From positions 750,001-782,000 of the forward strand of contig NC_016070.1 in the NCBI RefSeq assembly GCF_000253055.1: a DNA stretch of 32,000 nt. The letters are read 5' to 3'. The notes beneath the pieces were generated by a model. That model was not told the DNA's origin, searched no databases, and worked only from the letters and a program-made list of their open reading frames with translations. This document shows, in pieces, positions 8,824-16,761 of the stretch. Each line of letters begins with the position of its first letter. The stretch's first letter is position 1. The translations under genes were made by a program, and so were the position numbers. The stretch comes from Thermoproteus tenax Kra 1 (GTDB taxonomy: Archaea; Thermoproteota; Thermoprotei; Thermoproteales; Thermoproteaceae).

Positions 8824-9099
8824 TCAGATCTTTGACAATTTGAAGAATACTAATGAAGCAATTAGCAATATCGACGACAGAGCCATCGACGGAAACGAGA
8901 CGTCGGGCCCGTGGCCGCGCAACATCCAGAGTGAGAACGAGGCCGCTGCTACAACTGAAAGGACTGCCAAAGCTGCGGTTATGGCGCACATATATCTTCC
9001 TATCTGGGTTCCCCTTATCGGCAGATAGTTCCTCAACGCAAGTAGGGAGAAGAGGGCCGAAAGGGAGGAGAGGGCAATGTCAACGAGCCAGGGAATCAT
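8824..9099 (-). CDS. Small integral membrane protein (about 3 TM segments)
   Basis: 91-aa ORF with three hydrophobic stretches. Its start overlaps the stop of the upstream ArsR-type gene by 20 nt, which suggests co-transcription. Confidence 0.5.
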   Translation of the reverse strand: MIPWLVDIALSSLSALFSLLALRNYLPIRGTQIGRYMCAITAALAVLSVVAAASFSLWMLRGHGPDVSFPSMALSSILLIASLVFFKLSKI

Positions 9100-9325
9100 G
9101 GCCTAAGTATCTGGCGGCCTCCTCCACCAGATCCCAGTTCCTCCTCAACAGATCGTTCACTAGGTATATTGCCCCGTAACCCTCCCCCACCCTCTCCACT
9201 AGGCCGTTCCTCTCTAGCACCTCTAAGTGGTGGCGCACAGTCTTGTAGTCCACGTTTAGCTCCTTGCTCAACTGGTTTGCGTTCATAGGCCTTCGGCTGA
9301 GCGCCAAGAGTATCTTTAGACGCAT
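9080..9325 (-). CDS. ArsR-family winged helix-turn-helix transcriptional regulator
   Basis: HTH region MNANQLSKELNVDYKTVRHHLEVLERNGLV. The start is set at the ATG at 9325 (MRLKILLAL...). The longer 126-aa ORF (to 9460) would overlap the upstream gene, so the true start is uncertain. Confidence 0.7.
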   Translation of the reverse strand: MRLKILLALSRRPMNANQLSKELNVDYKTVRHHLEVLERNGLVERVGEGYGAIYLVNDLLRRNWDLVEEAARYLGHDSLAR

Positions 9326-9416
9326 AGGCCCCCCGCGGGTCCCCAACACGAGGAGGAGCAAAACCCTCCTCAGAGAGCGACGGTCTGGCCACAGACATAG
9401 AAAAAAACAGTAATTT

Positions 9417-10598
9417 TTAATTGACAGGCCCCAGGAATACCCAAGGCACCGGTTTGACAAACTGCGCGTTCAACAGATAGCCATCCCCTCTGATCCAGAC
9501 GTTGGGGAACTTATAGGAGCCGTTGATCAATATCTTAGACTGGCCGTTCGACACAGTTGGGGTGAGCCAGGTCCAGCTGGTCACAGTTCTCGGCAGTATG
9601 GCCACGGTGATAATCGGCGTGGGAGCCCCACTGGCGCCGACGAATGTGGCCGCCGGGCTCACTACGCCGTTGGCTGCGAACGCGTAGGCTCCTAGAGGGG
9701 CCATTCCATCAACGCCGGGCAGATTAAGCGTTGCGTAGTACACCAAGCTGAAGTTATAGGCCTTATAGGTCGAGTTGCCGACCTTCAGATAAGTGCCGGG
9801 AGGCACTACGGCAATGATGTTCCCTACTCTGACAGCGCCCCCCTCTGTGCCGTTGATCCAAGCCTCTGCTATCTCTAATGGGACAAGCCCGCTCTCTACG
9901 CCCGATATATTGACGGCCGGCTTGATTATGCTAAAGCTGAGCGGCCGCTCCGAGCTCTCTGCTACAAATACCCAAGGCACCGGTTTGACAAACTGCAGAT
10001 TGACTTGAACGCCGCCGCCAACGTTGTACCACTGGTCGACGAAGACGTAACGGCCGCCGACCAACGTCCCGTTGGAGAGCTGGCGATAGCCCAGCCAAGT
10101 CCAGCTAGTCCAGGTGCTGGGGATATAGGCCAGTGTTATTATTTGTCTCGGTTTCCCTGACGCGTCCACGAAGGTTATGCTAGGGCTCACTTGGCCATTA
10201 ACAGCGAAGGCGAATGCGTACACGGGCATCCCGCCGTCCGGCGCAAGCCCCACTCCCTTAAGGTTGTAGATCACCAGAGAGAAGTTATATGTCGCAAGCG
10301 TGGAGTTACCGACCAAGGCGTAGGTCCCCGGTCTTATTACTACGATGAGGGGACCCAGCCTGAGCGTGGCGCCCTTTGTGGCGTTGACGACTGTGGAGCT
10401 TGCAGAGACAGGCACTAACTCAGGCGTAGTAGTAGGGACGACCGTCTGAGTGTAGGTCTGGGTCACCGTCTGAGTATAGGTCTGTGTGGTAGTTGTGCTC
10501 TGGATCACCGTCTTGCTCGGGGCTGCATAGTAGCCTGCGATGAACGCAATTACGGCGACTACCACCGCCACTATTATTGTGGTAGTTGTTTTAGTCAT
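9417..10598 (-). CDS. Membrane-anchored surface protein with Thr-rich linker and two tandem ~177-aa paralogous domains
   Basis: The probable start is MTKTTTTIIVAVVVAVIAFIAGYY (ATG at 10598). A TQTYTQTV x2 linker follows. Two homologous domains each end in QFVKPVPWVF and share PGTY..VGNST..YNFSLV...AFA.NG.VSP..TFV.ASG..TSWTWL. Confidence 0.75.
   Translation of the reverse strand: MTKTTTTIIVAVVVAVIAFIAGYYAAPSKTVIQSTTTTQTYTQTVTQTYTQTVVPTTTPELVPVSASSTVVNATKGATLRLGPLIVVIRPGTYALVGNSTLATYNFSLVIYNLKGVGLAPDGGMPVYAFAFAVNGQVSPSITFVDASGKPRQIITLAYIPSTWTSWTWLGYRQLSNGTLVGGRYVFVDQWYNVGGGVQVNLQFVKPVPWVFVAESSERPLSFSIIKPAVNISGVESGLVPLEIAEAWINGTEGGAVRVGNIIAVVPPGTYLKVGNSTYKAYNFSLVYYATLNLPGVDGMAPLGAYAFAANGVVSPAATFVGASGAPTPIITVAILPRTVTSWTWLTPTVSNGQSKILINGSYKFPNVWIRGDGYLLNAQFVKPVPWVFLGPVN
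9437..9465. repeat. 29-nt perfect direct repeat (copy 1) marking the internal domain duplication
   Basis: atacccaaggcaccggtttgacaaactgc is identical to 9968-9996. The copies lie 531 nt (177 codons) apart. Confidence 0.9.
9968..9996. repeat. 29-nt perfect direct repeat (copy 2)
   Basis: Identical to 9437-9465. It encodes the (Q/N)FVKPVPWV end of each domain. Confidence 0.9.
10441..10488. repeat. 24-bp coding tandem repeat (2 units)
   Basis: accgtctgagtgtaggtctgggtc followed by accgtctgagtataggtctgtgtg. On the minus strand these encode the TQTYTQTV x2 linker of the surface protein. Confidence 0.85.
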
Positions 10599-10658
10599 GA
10601 CGTCTCCCCGTTGTACACATAAGTACTTTTTCCAAAAATATACCCAAATTTTTTCCAA

Positions 10659-11486
10659 CTAAAAGATTTCTATGTTTAAGACAATAGGAAGCCCAGAGGC
10701 CAACCTTTCCATGATCAGCCTAGCTAGATCGATGATATATACCTGTCTCACGGCGTAAAGAGCCCTGGCGCCTAGACATGCCAAGCTCCTAGCGCCGTGG
10801 CGGGGAGGCGGTAGAGCCACTGGCACGTTGCGCCAAGTGATTCCGTCCACCGACACCCATATAGGCTTGTTCGAGACCTCATGGACAGCCAGATATCCTC
10901 CGCATCGGCCCACTGCGTGGGTGTACCCAGTGGGCCCTCTGCTCATGTTGAATGTCTCTAGGTCCTTGGTGTAGTATACACCGGTGGACGTCGCTATGAA
11001 TAACCTCCCTAGGTCTGAGAGTAGCGCGTGTAGTTCCCCCCTGAATTTAACGGGGCGGAGCTCGCTCAGATCTGCGCCGGCTAGCAGATTGCCCTCCTCA
11101 ACTGAGGCGACGAGCCTATCTTTAAATAAAACGATGTCGCTAATATGGGCCGGCCCTCTCTTATACCTCCACCCTAGCTCATCCGCATATCCGGTCAAAT
11201 CGGCGACCTTTGCGCCGGATACGGCGTCTACCAGCACGGGCCCTTCCAGCGATGCGATTAAATTATCGCCCAATTTAACGAGTCTCCAACACCCCCCGGG
11301 CGAAATCCTCCTCAACTGTCTCCCTTTGACTTCGTAGACGCCATGGGCGGGGGAGCAAACGTAAAGATGCCCCTCGAACAAGGCCGCGTCCACCACCTCC
11401 AAGTCGGGACAGCATATCCTGTGGGCTCCGCCAGTAGGGATGAGCTCGTAGACGCCCCCCTCGGTGGCCAGAAAAATCCTGTGCAT
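10659..11486 (-). CDS. Hypothetical protein, possibly beta-propeller / BNR (Asp-box)-like
   Basis: 275-aa ORF with repeated ...GGVYE.../...TGVYYT... strands and a near Asp-box (SVDGITW). Its stop abuts the long ORF of the next gene. A TATA-like element lies about 25 nt upstream of the ATG. Confidence 0.55.
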   Translation of the reverse strand: MHRIFLATEGGVYELIPTGGAHRICCPDLEVVDAALFEGHLYVCSPAHGVYEVKGRQLRRISPGGCWRLVKLGDNLIASLEGPVLVDAVSGAKVADLTGYADELGWRYKRGPAHISDIVLFKDRLVASVEEGNLLAGADLSELRPVKFRGELHALLSDLGRLFIATSTGVYYTKDLETFNMSRGPTGYTHAVGRCGGYLAVHEVSNKPIWVSVDGITWRNVPVALPPPRHGARSLACLGARALYAVRQVYIIDLARLIMERLASGLPIVLNIEIF

Positions 11487-11514
11487 ATCAATTCACAAAT
11501 AGATAAAGATATAA

Positions 11515-11691
11515 CTATTTTATTAACTCTAAATAAACTTCAGGCGCCTTGAATCCGACCTTCCTATGCGACCCATCACAGTAGGGCTTTTTCGACGAGG
11601 CGCCGCAACGACATAGATGGACGAAAGGTTTGCCGTCAATGAGAACCTCGTTTGGGCCGTCCTCTATTGAGCGCACAGCGACTTTCACCAT
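11515..11691 (-). CDS. CDGSH-type iron-sulfur domain protein (58 aa, absent from the ORF track)
   Basis: Manual translation gives MVKVAVRSIEDGPNEVLIDGKPFVHLCRCGASSKKPYCDGSHRKVGFKAPEVYLELIK*. This is an exact match to the CDGSH consensus C-x-C-x2-S-x3-P-x-C-D-G-S-H. A TATA ATTTAAAAAT is centred about 24 nt upstream. Confidence 0.8.
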   Translation of the reverse strand: MVKVAVRSIEDGPNEVLIDGKPFVHLCRCGASSKKPYCDGSHRKVGFKAPEVYLELIK

Positions 11692-11710
11692 ACGTCAGCC
11701 CTCGATTCCT

Positions 11711-11720
11711 ATTTTTAAAT
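11711..11720 (-). promoter_or_regulatory. TATA box of the CDGSH gene
   Basis: The minus strand reads ATTTAAAAAT, about 24 nt upstream of the ATG at 11691. Confidence 0.45.
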
Positions 11721-11762
11721 TGTCTGTTTTTATAATAAAACTCTATTAATATTAATTGATAT

Positions 11763-12242
11763 TTATTTTTTAAGTGCAAACAATACAAAACCGACCACTA
11801 AAACAATGAAGCCTATAAACCCTAAGCCCAGCGACACCAGAGTCGCGAGTAGCGCGTTGGTCAACGACTGGCCTATCGGTATAGCCGCGTACTTGATGTA
11901 GACGTAGTTTGTGTGGTTGTTCACAAGGTATACTGTCACATTGGGAGCCACAGCGATCGCAGTTATATTGTCAACATTGCTCTCCACTACAGGCGACGAG
12001 GTGCCCGACTGGTAAACATATATGTGCTCTGATGAGTTAATTATGAGTATAACTGGATTTGGGAAAACAAGGCTGACGTTTTCGCCCGGCTTCAATGTCA
12101 CCGCCTCGCTTTTGTTCAACTGGCCCAACGCCTCGTTGACTACAAAGTTCAATTGTTTTGTCGGAGACGCCACAAGGAAGAGAGCTACGGCGATTGCCAC
12201 CAGTATGGCGCCGGCAATTATCACAAACAACGAGGCCCTCAT
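11763..12242 (-). CDS. Hypothetical membrane protein (N- and C-terminal TM segments)
   Basis: 159 aa with hydrophobic termini (MRASLFVIIAGAILVAIAVALFLV... and ...LLATLVSLGLGFIGFIVLVVGFVLFAL) flanking a sequon-containing middle part. Confidence 0.6.
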   Translation of the reverse strand: MRASLFVIIAGAILVAIAVALFLVASPTKQLNFVVNEALGQLNKSEAVTLKPGENVSLVFPNPVILIINSSEHIYVYQSGTSSPVVESNVDNITAIAVAPNVTVYLVNNHTNYVYIKYAAIPIGQSLTNALLATLVSLGLGFIGFIVLVVGFVLFALKK

Positions 12243-12382
12243 GGACGCATCGATTAAAGCTTGTTATAAATTTTTAACACAATTCGTATCAAAGATATTT
12301 TTATACAATTCATTACAAACTTAAATTAAATTTTATAAATTTTATTTATTTATATTATAGTTAATTATACAAATATTGAGTA

Positions 12383-13057
12383 TCAAGCTTTCTTGCGGCC
12401 GCCGGCGCCGGGCCACGGGCACATATGTCGCACTGGGCATACATCGCACCTAGGCCTTTGCGCTCTGCAATAGTCTCTCCCAAACTGGATCAGCTTCAGA
12501 TGGATCTCTAAGTATCGTGTCGGCGGGAAATTTTTGCGGAACCACTCGCTTATTTCGCGATAGCTCTTGCCTATGCTCCAACGCGCGGCGATCCTTTTTA
12601 TGTGGGTATCTACGGGAAAGGCCGGCTTGCCCATATTTAAGAGTAGTACATCGGCAGTCTTTTCGCCGACTCCGGGCAGATCCATCAGGAACTTGCGCGC
12701 CTCCTCGAAGCTCATGCGGGAGATCTCCTCTAGAGGGTGGCCGAGCAGGCTACGCGAGAGTTCGATCAGCTTCCGGGCCCTCCCTCTGTGCATGCCGGCT
12801 GGCCGGATCAACTGGGACAGCTCCTCCTCGCTCAAGCTGAGGATGGACTGCGGCTCTATGATCCCCAGCCTGCCTTTCAAATTATAGTAGGCCTTAAAGG
12901 CGTTCTTATCTGAGGTGTTTTGAGTGAGGATTATGGCTATGAGCAGCTCGAAGAGGCCGGCCGACCTCTTGACCACTGGCGCCACAAACTCCTCCTCTCT
13001 CAGCTTCACGTGGGACACTACAGTCTCCACCAGTTGCCGCTTCAGTTCCTCGGACAT
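12383..13057 (-). CDS. nth: Endonuclease III (HhH-GPD DNA glycosylase/AP lyase)
   Basis: Helix-hairpin-helix LPGVGEKTADVLL, with a downstream Asp in VDTH. The C-terminal 4Fe-4S motif C-x6-C-x2-C-x5-C is present (CRAQRPRCDVCPVRHMC). Confidence 0.9.
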   Translation of the reverse strand: MSEELKRQLVETVVSHVKLREEEFVAPVVKRSAGLFELLIAIILTQNTSDKNAFKAYYNLKGRLGIIEPQSILSLSEEELSQLIRPAGMHRGRARKLIELSRSLLGHPLEEISRMSFEEARKFLMDLPGVGEKTADVLLLNMGKPAFPVDTHIKRIAARWSIGKSYREISEWFRKNFPPTRYLEIHLKLIQFGRDYCRAQRPRCDVCPVRHMCPWPGAGGRKKA

Positions 13058-13103
13058 ACGCCATTTTGAACATGGCGCTTTTTAATTACACATCCATCGT
13101 TGT

Positions 13104-13625
13104 GTGGACATAGTGGTGGGCGTGACAGCCGATGGCGTGTTTTACATCAGGAGGAGCGACATGGAGAGGATAGCCAAAAGGATGGGGCTGAGCGCCGACG
13201 AGCTGGCTGCCAGGATAGGCGCAAGGCCGGAGCAAGCAGGCAGAGGCGTGAGATATATCATAGAGTGGTCATGGATATTTGATAAGCTATTGGATCTGGA
13301 GAGGCGCATAGCGAGACTGGAGGGCGCCCCTCAAGAGAGAGGGGCGAACATAGAGCAGTTTGTCGCGGCGTTGGATGCAGCGATTAAGAGCACGGCGGGG
13401 CCGACTGGCTACTCATCGTTGAGGGCTGTGAGAGACCTAGTTGTGTCGCGCCTCGAGCTCTCGGACGCCCAGTTTGTGGAGCTCTTCACTAAGACAGTTC
13501 TGCAGAGCCGGGGGAAATATATCTTGCTCGAGGGAGGAGACTATAAAGTCCACATAAACGGCAAGTCCTACGGCTATATCAAAATAGTACAAGGATATAA
13601 GGGCAGTAATACGTCCACCTCTTAA
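13104..13625 (+). CDS. Hypothetical protein
   Basis: 173-aa ORF with a GTG start, divergent from nth. No family recognised. It is followed 22 nt later by a P-loop protein gene. Confidence 0.5.
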   Translation: MDIVVGVTADGVFYIRRSDMERIAKRMGLSADELAARIGARPEQAGRGVRYIIEWSWIFDKLLDLERRIARLEGAPQERGANIEQFVAALDAAIKSTAGPTGYSSLRAVRDLVVSRLELSDAQFVELFTKTVLQSRGKYILLEGGDYKVHINGKSYGYIKIVQGYKGSNTSTS

Positions 13626-13647
13626 TTATATAGAGGCCGCTCGTGTT

Positions 13648-14406
13648 GTGACATGCGAAATACCTACGTGGCCTGTGGCGAGGCGCGGCGTGAAGTTGAT
13701 GGGCAGAAAGTGGTCCGTGGCGTTGGAGGAGCTGACAGAAATGGCCTCTCGATATCCTCTCTCAGCTCTGATAGGTAGGGCCGGCATGGGGAAGACCCAA
13801 GTGCTATACGCTTTGTGCGAGCGCGTAAAGTGTATCTACATAGATGCGACCGAGTTGCCCGACAGAAGTCTCTCCTCGTTGGCTGCAGTCGTAGCCTGGA
13901 GACTCGCCTCTGAGGCTTCCAGCGCCAAATCTAAGATAGTCGATGTCTACAGGCGCTACGGCTTTCAAGGCCTTCTCTCGTTGGCGCAAGGAGATCCCTC
14001 GTGGACGCTTGCGGCGGCTCTAGACCTTGTATCTGACCGAATCGTCGTGGCGCTGGACGAGTGGATGCCGAGCTTTGAAGACCCCTCCTTCTTCCAAGCG
14101 GCCTCGGCGCTGCACAGAATAAGGAACATGTCACTGAGCAAGGCGAGTTTCGTAGTGGCGTTCCTCCCGGAGGTGTTTGAGAAGCTCGCGGAGAAGATCC
14201 CTCCCCTGGGCAACATATTGGCCTCAGTGGCCGTCCAGTTGCCGGACTACCTCGACGAAGAGGACGCCGAGGCTATCGTCTCCTCGTACTGTCCGGACAG
14301 AGTGAAGAGCGCGCTGACTTGGCTACGTTCAAAGCCGGACGCGACAGTGAGGGACCTATTGATGGCCTTGACGTCAGCTAAGGCCTTAGAAATACCCATA
14401 GAGTAA
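13648..14406 (+). CDS. Hypothetical P-loop NTPase (archaeal ATPase-like)
   Basis: Walker A GRAGMGKTQ and a Walker B-like VVALDEW. The start may be the ATG at 13699 (MGRKWSV) rather than the GTG at 13648, because a TATA-like TTATATA lies at about 13626-13632. Confidence 0.6.
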   Translation: MTCEIPTWPVARRGVKLMGRKWSVALEELTEMASRYPLSALIGRAGMGKTQVLYALCERVKCIYIDATELPDRSLSSLAAVVAWRLASEASSAKSKIVDVYRRYGFQGLLSLAQGDPSWTLAAALDLVSDRIVVALDEWMPSFEDPSFFQAASALHRIRNMSLSKASFVVAFLPEVFEKLAEKIPPLGNILASVAVQLPDYLDEEDAEAIVSSYCPDRVKSALTWLRSKPDATVRDLLMALTSAKALEIPIE

Positions 14407-14463
14407 GAGCCTTTTCGCTCTGAGTCTTGCGCACTACTTTAAAATACGAGCCACAGAGGCTCT

Positions 14464-15939
14464 ATGAGCTTCCCGTCTCCGACGATCAAAGAGATACTTG
14501 AAAGGTATAAGGTCATATGGGCTCTGAACCACGCCTCAAGCCTCATGGGCTGGGACAGAGAAGTGAACATGCCAGAGGAGGGCATCGGAGGGAGATCTCT
14601 GGCGGCCGCGGAGATCGCCAAGCTTGTGCAGAAACTTATGTTGGACGAGGAGTTCGTTAAACTGATCGATAAGGCAGATGGAGAAGAGTTGACTGATATT
14701 GAGAGAGGGGTGGTACGCATGTTAAAGAGGGATTTAAAGTTCTATAGAAAAGTTCCACCAGAGATAGTCGCCGAATTCGCCAAGGTGACCAGCGAGGCCT
14801 TTGTGGCCTGGCGTACGGCGAAAGAGAAGGCCGATTTCAAGGTCTTTGCCCCGTATCTCGAGAGGGTAGTGCAACTGGCCAGAGTGATTGCCGACAAACT
14901 GGGATATGAGGAGCATCCCTACGACGCACTGTTGGATCTACACGAGGAAGGGCTGACCTCGCGGGATGTGGAGAACATATTCTCCACGCTCGAGCCGGGG
15001 ATTAGAAGATTGTTGGATAAGATATCGACATCAGGCTGGCCGAAGCATCACCCGCTGGAGGAGGAGCCATACGATCGAAGGAGTATGGAGGAGGCCATCA
15101 GAGAGATACTGGCCACTATAGGGTATCCAGAGAGACGTTTTAGAATTGACGTGAGCCCTCACCCGTTCACTATCGGTATAGCGTCCCCGTTCGATGTGAG
15201 GATAACAGTGAGGTATCCGCCTAAGGACTTCAAAGAGCCTCTATTCTCCGCTATACACGAGTTCGGCCACGCGCTCTACGAGTTGGGAGTCGACGAGGCC
15301 CTCGCGTATACGCCCGTGGGAACCGGCGTATCTTTAGGCGTCCATGAGTCTCAGTCCAGATTCTGGGAGAACATAGTGGGCCGCTCCAGACAGTTTGTCT
15401 CGTTGATATCCCCAATTTTGAGGAGACATCTCTCCAACCTAGCCAGGTATTCAGACGAGGATATATATTATTACTTCAACGTTGTGAGGCCGAGCTTGAT
15501 CAGGACGGAGGCCGACGAGGTCACTTACAATTTACACATATTGCTACGATATAGAATAGAAAGGCTCATGATAGCGGGCGAGGTAAAGGTAACCGACGTC
15601 CCAAGCTTGTGGAACGAAGAGATGGAGAGGCTGTTGGGAGTTAGGCCTAGGAACGACGCAGAGGGGGTCCTACAGGATATCCATTGGTCGCACGGCTCCA
15701 TCGGCTACTTCCCGACGTATACTTTAGGCAACGTCATTGCGGCCCAGATCAAATACGCAATGGGGTTCCTCGAGGACGCCGTGGCCTCTGGCGATTTCGC
15801 GAAGATTAAGGAATGGCTCAGAGAGAGGATACATAGATGGGGCGCCACCTATCCACCAAAGGAGCTAGTGAGGAGAGCAACAGGTGAGACATATAATCCA
15901 TCCTACCTGCTAAAATATCTAGAAAACAAATACAGATAG
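14464..15939 (+). CDS. Carboxypeptidase Taq-type metallopeptidase (family M32)
   Basis: 491 aa with the zinc motif HEFGHALYE, plus HESQSRFWEN and IRTEADEVTYNLHI segments characteristic of M32 thermostable carboxypeptidase. Confidence 0.9.
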   Translation: MSFPSPTIKEILERYKVIWALNHASSLMGWDREVNMPEEGIGGRSLAAAEIAKLVQKLMLDEEFVKLIDKADGEELTDIERGVVRMLKRDLKFYRKVPPEIVAEFAKVTSEAFVAWRTAKEKADFKVFAPYLERVVQLARVIADKLGYEEHPYDALLDLHEEGLTSRDVENIFSTLEPGIRRLLDKISTSGWPKHHPLEEEPYDRRSMEEAIREILATIGYPERRFRIDVSPHPFTIGIASPFDVRITVRYPPKDFKEPLFSAIHEFGHALYELGVDEALAYTPVGTGVSLGVHESQSRFWENIVGRSRQFVSLISPILRRHLSNLARYSDEDIYYYFNVVRPSLIRTEADEVTYNLHILLRYRIERLMIAGEVKVTDVPSLWNEEMERLLGVRPRNDAEGVLQDIHWSHGSIGYFPTYTLGNVIAAQIKYAMGFLEDAVASGDFAKIKEWLRERIHRWGATYPPKELVRRATGETYNPSYLLKYLENKYR

Positions 15940-16189
15940 TGTTGGGTCCACAGCCCTGCGGTTGAAGTCATCGCCCTTTTAGAGCGGCGGAGCGCCGATA
16001 CTAGCCCAAGCCTCCATCCAAGGGCCGAGAAAAGTATATAAACGGGATATGACAGTGTTCCGCCGTATCCAACATACCTCTTCTGGCATCTTTATTTATT
16101 AGGGTTTCCTAATCTCTTTTATGGTTCTTTCGCTGAAAAAAGCCTATTTTTTGTAGTTAAGTTTTTATATTTCTGTTTTCTTAAGGCAC

Positions 16190-16666
16190 ATGGCTACCGC
16201 AGAGGAGCTAAGATTGACTGATAGACAGGTACAGATACTACAACACCTACTGCAAAGGGCCCAGCCCATGAGAGTCTATACAGTGTACGGCGACCAAGAC
16301 GAGATTGCCAGAGAGTTGGGGATGACAAGGCAAGCTCTAGCGATACACCTAAAGAGGCTCAAGGAGCTCGGTCTCGTGAGGACAGGCCGCGAGTTCGTTG
16401 ACGTTACTGAGAAGGCGGTCAAGTTCTTGAAAGGCCAGAGCAACGATGTTATTGTGCTTGTGAAAGTAGAGCCAAAGTATCGCGACAAGGTCTACGACTT
16501 CTCCAAGAAGCTCCCCATCGAAAAGGCGCTTAGGCTGGCCGGCGAGTACGACTTGGCTGTAATAACCCAAGAGACGGTATTGGACAAAGTGCTTGATGCG
16601 CTCAATAACATGGAGGGCGTGAAAGAGACAAAGACCTTTATTAGCATAGGGGCCATAAAAGAATAA
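16190..16666 (+). CDS. Lrp/AsnC-like transcriptional regulator
   Basis: 158 aa with an N-terminal wHTH (QDEIARELGMTRQALAIHLKRLKELGLV) and a C-terminal alpha/beta ligand-domain-like segment (VIVLVKVEP...YDLAVI...). A TATA TTTTTATAT lies about 24 nt upstream. Confidence 0.75.
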   Translation: MATAEELRLTDRQVQILQHLLQRAQPMRVYTVYGDQDEIARELGMTRQALAIHLKRLKELGLVRTGREFVDVTEKAVKFLKGQSNDVIVLVKVEPKYRDKVYDFSKKLPIEKALRLAGEYDLAVITQETVLDKVLDALNNMEGVKETKTFISIGAIKE

Positions 16667-16761
16667 GCGGATTTATATAAAATATAAATTATTTTCTTAA
16701 AGCAAGACCGTTTTTCGTCATCCTATTGTGTAATATTCCATCAGTGTCATCCAGCGAAGAT

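Noticed and set aside
8853-9398. Alternative-frame ORFs 8853-9179 (+), 8807-9028 (+) and 9096-9398 (-).
   Set aside because: They overlap the ArsR-type and small membrane protein genes and give Arg/Gly-rich low-complexity translations.
10441-10488. Short tandem repeats that might suggest a CRISPR or minisatellite array.
   Set aside because: There are only two 24-bp units with no spacers. They are in frame and encode the TQTYTQTV linker of a surface protein. I saw no CRISPR-like repeat-spacer structure anywhere in the window.
12243-12382. A 140-bp, visibly very AT-rich spacer (not counted), considered as a possible replication origin. The similar spacer at 18818-18985 was considered too.
   Set aside because: I could find no ORB or mini-ORB-like repeats (GTGGAAA-type boxes) or inverted repeat pairs, and there is no adjacent orc1/cdc6 or whiP gene. 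The spacer is adequately explained as terminator plus promoter sequence.
14439-14720. 93-aa minus-strand ORF at the start of the M32 carboxypeptidase gene.
   Set aside because: It lies antisense to a gene with unambiguous M32 motifs, and its translation is Ser-rich and low-complexity.
15940-16189. A 250-bp ORF-free spacer with a TATATAAA tract (16035-16042) followed by T-runs, considered as a possible small ncRNA.
   Set aside because: No box motifs, stable structure or conservation evidence could be seen by eye. The only ATG is too close to the TATA. This is too speculative to call.
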